Shown here piece by piece: positions 28,678 to 38,848 of a stretch of DNA of 64,000 nt; the stretch's first letter is position 1, and every line of letters starts with the position of its first letter. Source of the DNA: Myxococcota bacterium (GTDB taxonomy: Bacteria > Myxococcota_A > SURF-8 > G963663525); assembly GCA_963676915.2 (NCBI GenBank), contig CAXXVK010000033.1, positions 18,809-82,808 of the forward strand, written 5' to 3'. A program made the translations under genes and the position numbers. The notes beneath the pieces are model-generated. The model ran no database searches, was not told the origin of the DNA, and saw nothing but the letters and a program-made list of their open reading frames with translations.

Positions 28678-29751
28678 TTATCTTCCTCTTGCCTTTTGCT
28701 GTTGCTTGTAGACTTTCGCTAATAATTGAGCGACGGCCCGGTAAAGTTCCACGGGGATCGTTCGCCCGATACGTACAGATGAATACAAAGTTCGTGCCAG
28801 AGGTCTGTTTTCTACGGTCGGAATTTCGTATTTTTTTGCAAGTTCCCGAATTTTCAGGGCTTTAAAGCCTCGGCCTTTTGCCACAACGCGGGGTGTCGGA
28901 TCTTTTGAGTGGTCGTAACGAAGCGCTACGGCGAAATGTGTCGGGTTCGTGACGACGACTGTCGCCTCCTTGACATTGTCCGATAGTCGGCCCATCGCCA
29001 GTTCTCTGGCACGTTGTCGGCGTGCCATTTTTATGAGAGGGTCGCCTTCGGCGTTCTTCATCTCGTCCTTTACTTCCTGCTTGGTCATACGGAGCTTTTT
29101 GGCATGTCGAAAACGGGTCCATAGCACGTCGAGCAATGCCAGCACCAAAAGAGCCGCAGCCACGCGGGAAAACACGGTAAATGCCATTCCCTGCAATTTC
29201 AGTCCGAAATCTTCTATGGGTAAAAATGTCAGTTTCCAAAGGCGTGTCGGTTCATCGCGCAATCCGTAGGCGGCAATCGCTACAACGCCCATTCCTTTAA
29301 GAATCGATTTGATCAGGGAGATGGGAAAATCCATCGAAAACGTGCGTTTGAAAAAATTGAGGGGGTTGATGCGGTTGCCCTTGGGCTTGACGAGGCTCAT
29401 GTTGAACATCACGCCGATCTGCATCAGGTTTGCCAGCACGCCGATAACCATCGTAACCGCCGCAACCGGCATAGCGATGGCGAATACCTGCCGCCCTACG
29501 CTTTGTATCGCCTCGCTGGCACGTTCAATGGTTAGCGAATCCCAATGTTCGAATTTGAAAGCCTGTCGTAACGTGCCGATGAATTCGGGAACGGTCGAAG
29601 CGAACCACCAAGAGATAACTCCGGCAACGACCAGCATGGCCAAAGCGCCGGAAACCTCCTGTGATTTCGCCAGGTCACCTTCTTTGCGCGCCTTTCGTTT
29701 GCGTTGTTGAGTCGCTGGCTCGGTTCTTTCGGCGGCACTTTGATTCGACAT
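28678..29751 (-). CDS. flhB: Flagellar export switch protein FlhB
   Basis: ERTEPAT, EGDP, intact NPTH autocleavage motif. Confidence 0.97.
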   Translation of the reverse strand: MSNQSAAERTEPATQQRKRKARKEGDLAKSQEVSGALAMLVVAGVISWWFASTVPEFIGTLRQAFKFEHWDSLTIERASEAIQSVGRQVFAIAMPVAAVTMVIGVLANLMQIGVMFNMSLVKPKGNRINPLNFFKRTFSMDFPISLIKSILKGMGVVAIAAYGLRDEPTRLWKLTFLPIEDFGLKLQGMAFTVFSRVAAALLVLALLDVLWTRFRHAKKLRMTKQEVKDEMKNAEGDPLIKMARRQRARELAMGRLSDNVKEATVVVTNPTHFAVALRYDHSKDPTPRVVAKGRGFKALKIRELAKKYEIPTVENRPLARTLYSSVRIGRTIPVELYRAVAQLLAKVYKQQQKARGR

Positions 29752-29796
29752 CGGTTCGACTCTGCAAAGAAGTTAAAAAAATCGGTACGTTCCACG

Positions 29797-30555
29797 TCAA
29801 TGTGGAAACAGCACGGTGGCCATGAATTCGAAAATGTGGATGAAAATGTCCGAACTCATCGGAACCAGGGTATGGGCGGCAGCGATCAGGCCGAGAATGC
29901 CGGTCGAAACCGTCAACGCCGGACCCTCGATGAACATATTGAGACTCGGTACCGCCTTGGACAGCACCATCAGCAGCAGTTGAGCGCCGAATACCGAAGC
30001 CATGATCGGAGAAGCGACGCGTAATCCGAGTTGAAACAACTCGGCTCCACCTTGTTGGGACACTTGCAGACCGTTGACGGAGGCGAACCAGCCGCCGGGC
30101 GGAATGACTTCGACGGATCGGAAGAGGAAAGCCAACAGGTTTTCGACACCACCGCTGAAAACGAACAAACCCAGTGCGGTGAACGAGAAAACCCGACCCA
30201 TAACATTGAGTTGAGCGGGAAGGTTGGGGTCGATGAACCCCGGCGTAGCGAGTCCCATCTGAGTTCCCGCGATTTCACCGGCTGTAGCGAAAGTATGCAG
30301 CGCCAAGGTCAATAGAAAACCGGCGGCAAGGCCGAAAACTACTTCCAGAACCAGACCGGCTACCAATTCAACCATGCTGCCCGAGAACGTTGGTTGAGTG
30401 CCTACGGCCCAAGTGAGTCCAGCAGCCAGAATGATACGTGCCATTGCCGGAGCGCTGGCCCCTGGAAACGGAGAGGATACGAAAAACGCGGTAAATCGGA
30501 AAAACACCAGCAGCGTGCCTAAAGAAAACTGGCTCCACTGGACCAGTGTGTCCAT
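29797..30555 (-). CDS. fliR: Flagellar export protein FliR
   Basis: Multi-TM, AGEIAGTQMGL, SKAVPSLN; fliPQR-flhB order. Confidence 0.9.
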   Translation of the reverse strand: MDTLVQWSQFSLGTLLVFFRFTAFFVSSPFPGASAPAMARIILAAGLTWAVGTQPTFSGSMVELVAGLVLEVVFGLAAGFLLTLALHTFATAGEIAGTQMGLATPGFIDPNLPAQLNVMGRVFSFTALGLFVFSGGVENLLAFLFRSVEVIPPGGWFASVNGLQVSQQGGAELFQLGLRVASPIMASVFGAQLLLMVLSKAVPSLNMFIEGPALTVSTGILGLIAAAHTLVPMSSDIFIHIFEFMATVLFPH

Positions 30556-30827
30556 TACTGCACCGTTACTAAGGAGATTTTATCGACGACGAATTGGAAA
30601 ATGAGGACAAAGCGATCGAGCAGCCAAGGAAGAAGAAGTCCCCCCATTGCACCAACGCCGATGACTTTCGGAACGAAGGTCAGGGTGGGTTCGTTGACCT
30701 GTGTAGCGCTTTGCAATACGCCGACACTGATACCGATGGCCAGACCCGTCATGATGATCGGAGCCATGACCATTGCTCCCATTCCCAGTGTGTGTGTCAG
30801 AATCGCAATGATGGTATCGGCTTCCAT
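30555..30827 (-). CDS. fliQ: Flagellar export protein FliQ
   Basis: GVLQSATQVNEPTLTFVPK. Confidence 0.95.
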   Translation of the reverse strand: MEADTIIAILTHTLGMGAMVMAPIIMTGLAIGISVGVLQSATQVNEPTLTFVPKVIGVGAMGGLLLPWLLDRFVLIFQFVVDKISLVTVQ

Positions 30828-30829
30828 GG

Positions 30830-31471
30830 TCAACTCCCGAAACTTCTCACCAATGCCCCGACGATCATTGCCCAGCCGTCCGCAAGCACGAACAGAAGTA
30901 GTTTGAAGGGCATGGATATCAGGGTTGGCGGTAGCATGATCATTCCGAGTGCGTTGAGCAGCGCGGCAATGGAAAGGTCAACAATCAAAAACGGAATGAA
31001 CAGCAGAAACCCAATTGCGAACGCCGCACGAAGCTCACTGATGACAAATGCCGGAACCAACACACGAATGGGGACATCCTGCAACGTCGTAAAAGGCTTT
31101 ATCTTGGCAAGGTTGCTCATCAATACGAGATCTTCTTGGCGGGTTTGAGCCAGCATGAAGCGTTTCATCGGCATGACACCCCTATTGTAAGCTTCCTCCG
31201 GCTGGATTTGATCCTCCATCAATGGCTTGATTGAGTCCACATAAACCTGTTCCATGGCGGAACCCATTACGAAATACGTAAGAAAGATGGATAATCCGAT
31301 GATGACCTGATTGGGAGGAACCTGTTGCAGTCCCATAGCCGAGCGAATGAATCCCAGTACCAGAACGATCCGCAAAAAGGCCGTCATCGAGATCACGATT
31401 CCCGGCAACATCGTCAGAACCGTGAACAGGATCAAAATTTTCAATGGGGCGGATGTTGCGGCTTCTGTCAT
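30830..31471 (-). CDS. fliP: Flagellar export protein FliP (short form)
   Basis: MTAFLRI, QQVPPNQV, PAFVISEL, PFKLLLFVLADGW. Confidence 0.96.
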   Translation of the reverse strand: MTEAATSAPLKILILFTVLTMLPGIVISMTAFLRIVLVLGFIRSAMGLQQVPPNQVIIGLSIFLTYFVMGSAMEQVYVDSIKPLMEDQIQPEEAYNRGVMPMKRFMLAQTRQEDLVLMSNLAKIKPFTTLQDVPIRVLVPAFVISELRAAFAIGFLLFIPFLIVDLSIAALLNALGMIMLPPTLISMPFKLLLFVLADGWAMIVGALVRSFGS

Positions 31472-31507
31472 TGGGTTTCGCCTCGGTTAAAGGTGAAAAG
31501 GTATGAA

Positions 31508-32194
31508 TTACAGGGAGTTGAGCCGATGCAACACATCCTGCAATTTTCGACTCGATAACGGATTGGCCGAGCGAGTTTCCTGTTTCAGCATGTTTTCGAA
31601 GGTGTTGGAGGTTTTCAGCTCAGGTTCGACCGATTTTTTAGGCTCGTTTGTATTTTGGGTTGTTTTCGCGCTTTCGTCATCCAGCACGGCGAGGGTGCTC
31701 AATCCTTGACTGGATGATCCAAGCACCAGGCGTTGATCTCCGGCGCGAACGACCATCAGTCTCAATCCGCGAGCCACCCACAAGGAATCGAGCAATTGAA
31801 GATCCCCGCGTGTCTTTGCTGAAAGCAAACTGGAACCTGATGCACGATATCTGCGGATTAAAAATGCCAGCCCGAAAATCGATGCGGCTGCAAGAATGGT
31901 CATGGTAGCCAGCGAAACGGCGGAACCAATGCCGTTACCCATGGATTTCGATGTATTTGCTTTCTGATTCAAAGCTACCGGAGGGGGAGGGGAAGGAATG
32001 CCGGAACGATTCCCATTGACGTTGGCTCCTGCGGTTTGTGCCGAGCGAACGTGATTCTGAGGTGTTTGCGCGCTACGGAGTGCGGCGATCAACGATTGCT
32101 CGTCGGTGATGTTCGGAAGCAGATCGTTCGTCGGAGCTTCGAAGGAAGCGGCGAGCGTCATGGCGAGAGCGAGAGTGATGCCGGTCAAAGACAT
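31508..32194 (-). CDS. fliO: Flagellar protein FliO
   Basis: TM followed by LQLLDSLWV..RLMVVRAGDQRLVLG; between fliN and fliP. Confidence 0.8.
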   Translation of the reverse strand: MSLTGITLALAMTLAASFEAPTNDLLPNITDEQSLIAALRSAQTPQNHVRSAQTAGANVNGNRSGIPSPPPPVALNQKANTSKSMGNGIGSAVSLATMTILAAASIFGLAFLIRRYRASGSSLLSAKTRGDLQLLDSLWVARGLRLMVVRAGDQRLVLGSSSQGLSTLAVLDDESAKTTQNTNEPKKSVEPELKTSNTFENMLKQETRSANPLSSRKLQDVLHRLNSL

Positions 32195-32224
32195 GAGAGT
32201 CCTCCTGTCGGATGGTTGTGTCGG

Positions 32225-32560
32225 TTAGCGCACCAGGCTTTGGATGCGTTCGGTGGGGCTTACGATATCCGTCAATCGGATGCCGAACTGGTCATTGACC
32301 ACGACCGCTTCTCCTCGGGCCACGAGCTTTCCATGGACCAGAACGTCCAGCGGTTCGCCTGCGAGCTTGGTCAGTTCGATGACCGAGCCTTGGGAAAATT
32401 GCAGCAGGTCGCTGATCGGAACTTTGGAACGGCCCAACTCGACAGAGATGGTCAATGGGATGTCCATCACGCGGTCGAGGTTGTTACTGTCTGTGAGGAT
32501 CTGTTCGTCAATATCCTGTGGAGTCTTGGGATTCTGCGTTGGTTGAGAGGGCTCGCTCAT
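32225..32560 (-). CDS. fliN: C-ring protein FliN
   Basis: DIPLTISVELG, GSVIELTKLAGEP, ARGEAVVVNDQFGIR. Confidence 0.96.
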   Translation of the reverse strand: MSEPSQPTQNPKTPQDIDEQILTDSNNLDRVMDIPLTISVELGRSKVPISDLLQFSQGSVIELTKLAGEPLDVLVHGKLVARGEAVVVNDQFGIRLTDIVSPTERIQSLVR

Positions 32561-33584
32561 GGCTTTGTCCTTTGGTGAGAATGTTGGGTTTTTTTATAGG
32601 TTTCATGTTTTTGCCGATGGCGTCATCCAGCTTGACCGCCAGTTTTCCTCGGCTGGTGACAGGATGGCCTGTGGCTTTGTTTATTCCACTAACATTGATG
32701 TTCAAAGGTGAGTTTGCATCCGTATCGAGTGGAAGTGTGTCGCCGACTTTCAAATTCATCAGATCGCTGACGGTGATTTCGCCATTGCCTAGCAATACAA
32801 GAAAATCGACGCTTACACCCATGATCGTGTCTCGGATGATGCCGTGCCATGTATTGTCGGTGAGATCCTGTTCGGTTTGCACCGCAGACGACAATTGCTG
32901 ACGGATCGGTTCGATCACCGAATAGGGAATAACGAGATCCATATGCCCTTTTTCCGAGGCTTCGATTTCGAATTCGAACGAAACGTTGATAATGACATCG
33001 GATGGTGAAGCGATCGTGGCAAATTGCGGATTGACTTCCGTACGGATGAACTCGGGATTGATTTCGATAATCGGGTTCCAGGACTTTTGCATGTCGTCTA
33101 GGACATCGCGAACCACCCGTCGGATAACCTGGAGTTCGATCGTGCTGTATTCGCGACCTTCTACCCGGTACCGTCCACCATTTCCACCGAAGAGATGGTC
33201 TACGAGGCCGAACATCAGGTTGGCATCCATTGCCAGCAAACACATATTGCGTAACGGAGGAATGCGGAAAATGTTCAAACAGGCAGGAACCGCGATGGTT
33301 ACCAGCCAGTCCGAAAATTTGATCAATTGCATCTGCTGTTGAACCACTTCCACAGGTTTACGCAAAAGGTTGAAAAATGAAGCACGCATGTAACGGGCAA
33401 GTCGTTCGTTGATAATGTCCAGGGTCGGCATACGGCCACGGATAATGCGGTCGTTGCTGGTAAGGTCGTAGGAGCGGAAGTCTTTTTTTGGTTCCGCTCC
33501 GCTATGTTCCTCGACCTCGACATCTCCTGAGTCCACCGCGTTAAGCAGTGCGTTTATTTCATTTTGGCTTAATACGTCGTCCAT
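32508..33584 (-). CDS. fliM: C-ring protein FliM
   Basis: LSQNEINALL CheY-binding peptide, RGRMPTL, EVNPQF, IPYSVIEP. Confidence 0.96.
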   Translation of the reverse strand: MDDVLSQNEINALLNAVDSGDVEVEEHSGAEPKKDFRSYDLTSNDRIIRGRMPTLDIINERLARYMRASFFNLLRKPVEVVQQQMQLIKFSDWLVTIAVPACLNIFRIPPLRNMCLLAMDANLMFGLVDHLFGGNGGRYRVEGREYSTIELQVIRRVVRDVLDDMQKSWNPIIEINPEFIRTEVNPQFATIASPSDVIINVSFEFEIEASEKGHMDLVIPYSVIEPIRQQLSSAVQTEQDLTDNTWHGIIRDTIMGVSVDFLVLLGNGEITVSDLMNLKVGDTLPLDTDANSPLNINVSGINKATGHPVTSRGKLAVKLDDAIGKNMKPIKKPNILTKGQSHERALSTNAESQDSTGY

Positions 33585-33637
33585 AATTCCCTACGTTTGA
33601 AAAAGGTGAAAACCACCGAAGAAACGATAGGTTATCG

Positions 33638-34186
33638 CTATTGGATAACGAATTCCGTCAGATAGACGTGTTGCAGTTTGCCCGTCTTGAGTACATTGTT
33701 CAGGCGTTGGAGGATATTGTTCCGAATATCTTCCTTGGCTAGCAAACCTTGTGTTTGACGAACGTTGAGGCTGGAGAGGTACGCAATCACCATATCCCTA
33801 AACTGGGGTTCGCGTTTGCGAAGTTCGTCTTTAACGCTTTCGTTCTCCAGGCCGATCTTGATCGTTGCTTTGAGGTATCTCGGTGAACCCGGTTCGTTGA
33901 GGTTGACCACAAACGAACCTAACGTTTCGGTTGGTCCGAGATCGCTGATCACGACAGCTTCCCCTTCATTAGCGGATTTTTCCGCTTCATGACCATTTTC
34001 TTCTTCGGCCTTGGCTTCGTGCTCAGGGGCTTCAACCGGTTCCACTGGTGCAGGGTTACGCAACATGGCGAATGCACCCATTCCTCCCAATGCCAACATG
34101 TTGAATACTACAAGCACGATGATCAACATCTTGTTGCTACCACCACTTTTTTCCTGGGCTTCCGTTCCCTTGTTTTCCTCAGCCAT
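33638..34186 (-). CDS. fliL: Flagellar basal body-associated FliL
   Basis: N-terminal TM, FVVNL, VYLTEFVIQ; ATG 34186 with GAGGG RBS. Confidence 0.93.
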   Translation of the reverse strand: MAEENKGTEAQEKSGGSNKMLIIVLVVFNMLALGGMGAFAMLRNPAPVEPVEAPEHEAKAEEENGHEAEKSANEGEAVVISDLGPTETLGSFVVNLNEPGSPRYLKATIKIGLENESVKDELRKREPQFRDMVIAYLSSLNVRQTQGLLAKEDIRNNILQRLNNVLKTGKLQHVYLTEFVIQ

Positions 34187-34232
34187 TTTTTTCCCTCTTG
34201 AGTGACAATTGAATTCAACTGCGGACAGGAAT

Positions 34233-34248
34233 TGCATTTGATGTGCCA
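34233..34248 (-). promoter_or_regulatory. Putative sigma54 promoter of the fliL operon
   Basis: Minus strand TGGCAC-ATCAA-ATGCA (GG-N10-GC), ~50 nt upstream of fliL and divergent from the sigma54 activator. Confidence 0.75.
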
Positions 34249-34613
34249 GACTGACGGATAAACGTAAAAACAAGTTTTTTGCCAAATGTAACCGAGGTTT
34301 CGGGGTATCGTTCGTTCGTCGATCAGGGGAAATCGATAGTGACAATCCGACAGTTTCTCGACATTCGTCGGGAATTTATCGGTTTGGGTGGCGGAGAATC
34401 GGCAATTTTACGTTGTTGATGTTGTCGAGGTGTCAAAACGTCGGAGAAACGCATTGCGTCTCGGAATGGGTCATGTTATAAATTAAGGAATTGAGGGATT
34501 CTGCTATTCGCGTGTGCAGATGATTTGTGTGGGGCAAGGTTCAGTTTTGTGCGGGTGGCGGAATATCGGCGGGCGAAGGAATCATTCAATCGAATGGGAT
34601 TATAGAGGGACCG

Positions 34614-36053
34614 GTGGATTATAAAGTTCTTTTCGTCGATGATAACGAAGCGATCCGACGATCGGCCGAAAAGGGTCTGCTTCGGGCGGGATTTCACGTT
34701 ACACTTGGAGAAGGTGGCGAGCAAGCTCTCGAACTTCTTCGGGAAAACCTCTACGACATCGTGGTTTGCGATCTTCGTATGCCAGACGTTGATGGCTTGG
34801 ACGTGTTGCGTTTTTCTCGTTCGTTAGCGCCTCCGCCGGCGTTTATCGTGATGACGGCTTATGCTTCCGTTCAGGTTGCTGTAAAAGCCATGAAATACGG
34901 CGCTGAGGATTTTATAGAGAAGCCGATTGGAATGGACGAACTCTGTGCGACCATTCATGCTGTTCTGAGGAGGAGGAGCGAGGAAGAAGACAGTGAAAAC
35001 AGGGAGGTAGATAAACTTCCGGAAGGACTCGTAGGTGACAAAGCCTGGTTGGAGCCGTTTACCCAAACGATTCAGAGGATATCTCGAACAGATTCAACAG
35101 TGCTAATCGAAGGAGAAACCGGTACGGGAAAAAGTGCCACTGCGCGTTCGATTTGGCAGTTTTCACCGCGATCCGAAGGCCCTCTTGTAGAGGTCAACTG
35201 TGCCGCCATTCCCGAACATTTGTTGGAAAGTGAACTTTTCGGTCATGTCAAAGGTTCGTTTACCGGAGCTACGACCAATCGTGTCGGAAAAGTGGAACTG
35301 GCCAATGGGGGAACGCTTTTCCTGGATGAAATCGCAGAGTTAAAACCCGATCTGCAAAGCAAGTTGCTTCATCTGTTGCAGGATAGAAGCTATCAGCAGG
35401 TAGGGTCATCTCATACGCGGCAAGCAGATGTTCGTTTCATTGCTGCCACCAATCGAAATCTTGCAGAGGAAGTTGAACATAGGCGTTTCCGGGCCGATCT
35501 GTATTATAGAATCAATGTTTTAAGTCTCAGAATTCCTCCACTGCGGGAACGTCCGGCAGATGTGCCGATTTTAATCGATTTCTTTTCTCGCAGAGTAGCC
35601 AAACGACTTAAATCTAAACCTGTAGTTTTTTCATCGGAAACTATTGAGATTCTTAAGGAATATTCGTGGCCGGGGAACGTTCGGGAGTTGTTGAACCTCG
35701 TCGAACGAATGGCTGTAATGTACCCCGAGTCCACCATTGTCCCCGAACATCTGAGCGAACGTATTCGTTACTCGGTTGCTCCGTTGCCGGTGCCGTATCA
35801 TGCCGAGTTGCAGTCGATTCAGAAATCTCCCAAACCCTTTGAAATTCCCAAAGAACCTCGTGCAGAGGATGTGTTTTCGAGTTCCGGTTCGGACGATGGT
35901 ATCAACCTAAGTGAAGCCGTGCGAAATTATGAAGAAAGCTTGATTCGTCAGGCTTTGAAAGAAGCCGATGGCAACAAGAGTCAAGCGGCCAGAATGCTGA
36001 ACATGAAACGCACAACTCTGATCGACAAATGTAAAAAACTTGGGATCGCCTGA
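34614..36053 (+). CDS. Sigma54-dependent response regulator (REC-AAA-HTH), probable flagellar regulator
   Basis: VDD / DLRMP receiver, GETGTGKS, ESELFGH, GSFTGA, LFLDEI, WPGNVREL, Fis-type HTH; GTG start after GAGGGA. Confidence 0.93.
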   Translation: MDYKVLFVDDNEAIRRSAEKGLLRAGFHVTLGEGGEQALELLRENLYDIVVCDLRMPDVDGLDVLRFSRSLAPPPAFIVMTAYASVQVAVKAMKYGAEDFIEKPIGMDELCATIHAVLRRRSEEEDSENREVDKLPEGLVGDKAWLEPFTQTIQRISRTDSTVLIEGETGTGKSATARSIWQFSPRSEGPLVEVNCAAIPEHLLESELFGHVKGSFTGATTNRVGKVELANGGTLFLDEIAELKPDLQSKLLHLLQDRSYQQVGSSHTRQADVRFIAATNRNLAEEVEHRRFRADLYYRINVLSLRIPPLRERPADVPILIDFFSRRVAKRLKSKPVVFSSETIEILKEYSWPGNVRELLNLVERMAVMYPESTIVPEHLSERIRYSVAPLPVPYHAELQSIQKSPKPFEIPKEPRAEDVFSSSGSDDGINLSEAVRNYEESLIRQALKEADGNKSQAARMLNMKRTTLIDKCKKLGIA

Positions 36054-36389
36054 TTACTGACCTGAATTCCCTCGACATTTTGACGTTCGACGATTTTACG
36101 GCGTCGATAACCGACAGTACCTGTCAATATCCTGACGAACATGGCGTATTTCCGATGGGTTTCCAACACCAAAATTAAATTCCGCCAGTTGGAATTTTCC
36201 GTGCGTGGGGTTTTCGTCACATTTTTTCCGAGCACTGAATTACGCAAGTATTTTCCCTCTCGACCATTCCGGATAAACGGCAACACGCCCCAGATACCAC
36301 CTGCACACAAATTGGCGCGATTCTGTTTACGTGAGTTTGCAGGTCTCGAAAAACCTCATCGAGGAGTTCTTCGGTAAAACATGAAAACT

Positions 36390-36405
36390 TGGCATCGTTC
36401 TTGAA
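36390..36405 (+). promoter_or_regulatory. Possible sigma54 promoter of the TPR-flgB operon
   Basis: TGGCAT-CGTTC-TTGAA (GG-N10-GA, non-canonical -12); very close to ATG 36420. Confidence 0.4.
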
Positions 36406-36419
36406 ACACCTTTCGAGGC

Positions 36420-38836
36420 ATGAGAACGAAAAGCTACAAAACGGCGGTCAGCCTCATCACCTTTTTCTTGATTTCATGGACGGCGTACGCCGAAGAATCC
36501 AAGGTGATTCCCGGCTTGCAGGGGGAGCAGTACGTTATCCTTCGTTTGTCCCAGGATTCTGTGGCCAATGTGGAGCACTACACGGGAGATGACGAAGCAA
36601 CACTCATCGTAAAACATCCTGTTCCCAATACCATTGATATGTTGTCTTCCCAGGTTGGGAGCCTGATGATAAAAGTTAGGCGCAAAAGCCTGATCGGTGA
36701 TGAACTTCGTGTGGGACTTCGATTATCTCGTTCCGATATTCGTATACAGATCAAACAGTTGGAGCATCCTCGTTCGTTGACGTTGGGTTTTTTCTCGTCG
36801 GTCAATCAAAGACTTCCAAGTCTCAAGGAAATGCTATTGCTGTTGCCTTCGGCTTATCCTGAGGGATCCTCCACCATGGTTTTGCCACCTCGACCGGCAA
36901 AGCGTCCATGCTCGGGTTTGCAGGGAATCGATAAAACTATTGATGCAGCTCGTGAAGGTACTCGCTTGAGCGATAAATACCTGAAATATGCCGAGAAATA
37001 CGTGCAGGATCAGGTGTGCCGAGAATATATCCACGCGCTGAACGCAGAGGCGATTTTGCATTCGGGAACAAACGTTGTCGATGCGGAAAAATGGGCTTTT
37101 GCAATGTCTGAAGCTCCCCAGTGGGACAACTATCGTGAATCGTATGAATATCATGCGCTTGTCGCAGCCAATGTATTGATTGATCTAAGCCTTTTCCCTG
37201 AAGCTGAACTGTTGTTGGAGAAATTGGGTCAGGCTGCTACGTCAGCGATGATGCCGTATGTCAAGCTTGGACAATCTCGATTTTATATGAAACAGCAAAA
37301 GTACTCGGAAGCTGCTATCGTATTGGAACGATTGCTGAAAAAGGCACGTAAAGGGGAATGGCGATATAGCGCATTTCTCAATTCGGCAATCAATTATACT
37401 AAACTGAACGATCGCGAAAACACCCGAAATATTGCTTTGAAAGCCGAAAAGGTGTTGCGGGCCGATAAACGAGATGGTGGTGCGTTGTGGTTGATCGGTG
37501 CCGAGGCTGCTCTTGCACTGAACGACTATCGTGCTGCAGTCAAACTATATACCCGGACAACAAAAGTCGGCGGAAGGTGGGATAGTGCTTTTGCGGAAAT
37601 GCGTCTTGGAGAACTGGCTACGATTCAGCAGCCTAACCTGGCCGGCCTAACCAAAGCCCACAAGCATTTCGACCGGGCACGAAAAAGCCAGCCCGATATT
37701 TATTTTACGCAGATCATACGATTCAAAGAAGAACTGATTTACGAAACACTTACCAAAGAAAAATTGGATTTGAGAAAAATCGAAGATGCTTTCTCAGATG
37801 CGTTCAAACAAAGCACGCAATTGGAAATTGCATATACCATGGTCCAAATTCATTTGGAGCAAGGGCATTCACAAAAAGCTCTTCAGTGGCTTCAGCCGCT
37901 TATCGATATCAAATCACCTGTGCGAGAAGAGAAAAAGGTTCTAGAGTCACTTACCCAGACGGTCAACGAAATTATTGGTCAATTCTATCGTTCCGGAAGA
38001 TGGCTCGAAGTAGCGCGGTCGTATGAAGAAGAGCTCGAGCCGTTTAGGGGAAAACTGGACAACGAGTCTCTGCTGGCCGTTTCCGATGCCTATTACCACT
38101 TGAGTCTGCCGAAAAACTCCGTTGAAATGTTGATGTGGATCATGAACACTCGGAATCCTTCTAAGCAAAGTGAAAACATCACGGTGAAACTCGCTTCAGC
38201 GTATGGGGCATTGAAGGATCATTTTCGCCTCGATATGGTAGTAAAATATTACCTTTCCCGATTTTCCAACTCTCCGAACAAATGGAAGGTTTTGTTGCTC
38301 AATATTCGATCTTTGCTGCAACAGAATCGTATCGATGAGGCAGATCAACGAGTTGCTTCGTTGAAAGAAAAAGTGCCTTCCGGTGACCCGAGAGCGGAAG
38401 TGGAACTGCTTTCTGACCGAGCTTCGGACGAGGCAGAATCGTTTCGAAGATGCCTCCGAGCATTTTATTCACGTTCTCGAATCGGGACTGCCAATGGATG
38501 TGGAAATCCAGCGGGTAGGTACGATGCTGATGTCGCCCTGCATGCAGAGCTGTTCTCCCGCCAAAGCACAGAAACTGTTGAAAGTGGCATCGGACTGGAA
38601 ACGGGGGGAACTTGTGGACGAAGCCGTGCGTTTTTTTTGCAAAAATGCGCGAAGTTTCTAACCAGGACGTTCGTCCGGTTTCTACGACCGAACCCAAAGA
38701 GCAAGAACGCCTAAAAAGGACCAAAAGAGAGAAAAGACACGACAAATTGTGGGAAGACCTTTTGGAATTGGCACCGGAATTGCCTGAACTAAAAGAGTTG
38801 GCCGAGAAAAAGCGAAATGAAAAAGTCGCCAACTGA
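36420..38836 (+). pseudogene. Secreted TPR-repeat protein with two +1 frameshifts near the 3' end (~38411 and T8 run 38631-38638)
   Basis: Signal peptide AYA-EE, helical TPR-like repeats; ORFs 36420..38714, 38383..38661 and 38612..38836 join into ~804 aa after removing two T. Confidence 0.7.
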
Positions 38837-38848
38837 CCTATAGGAACG

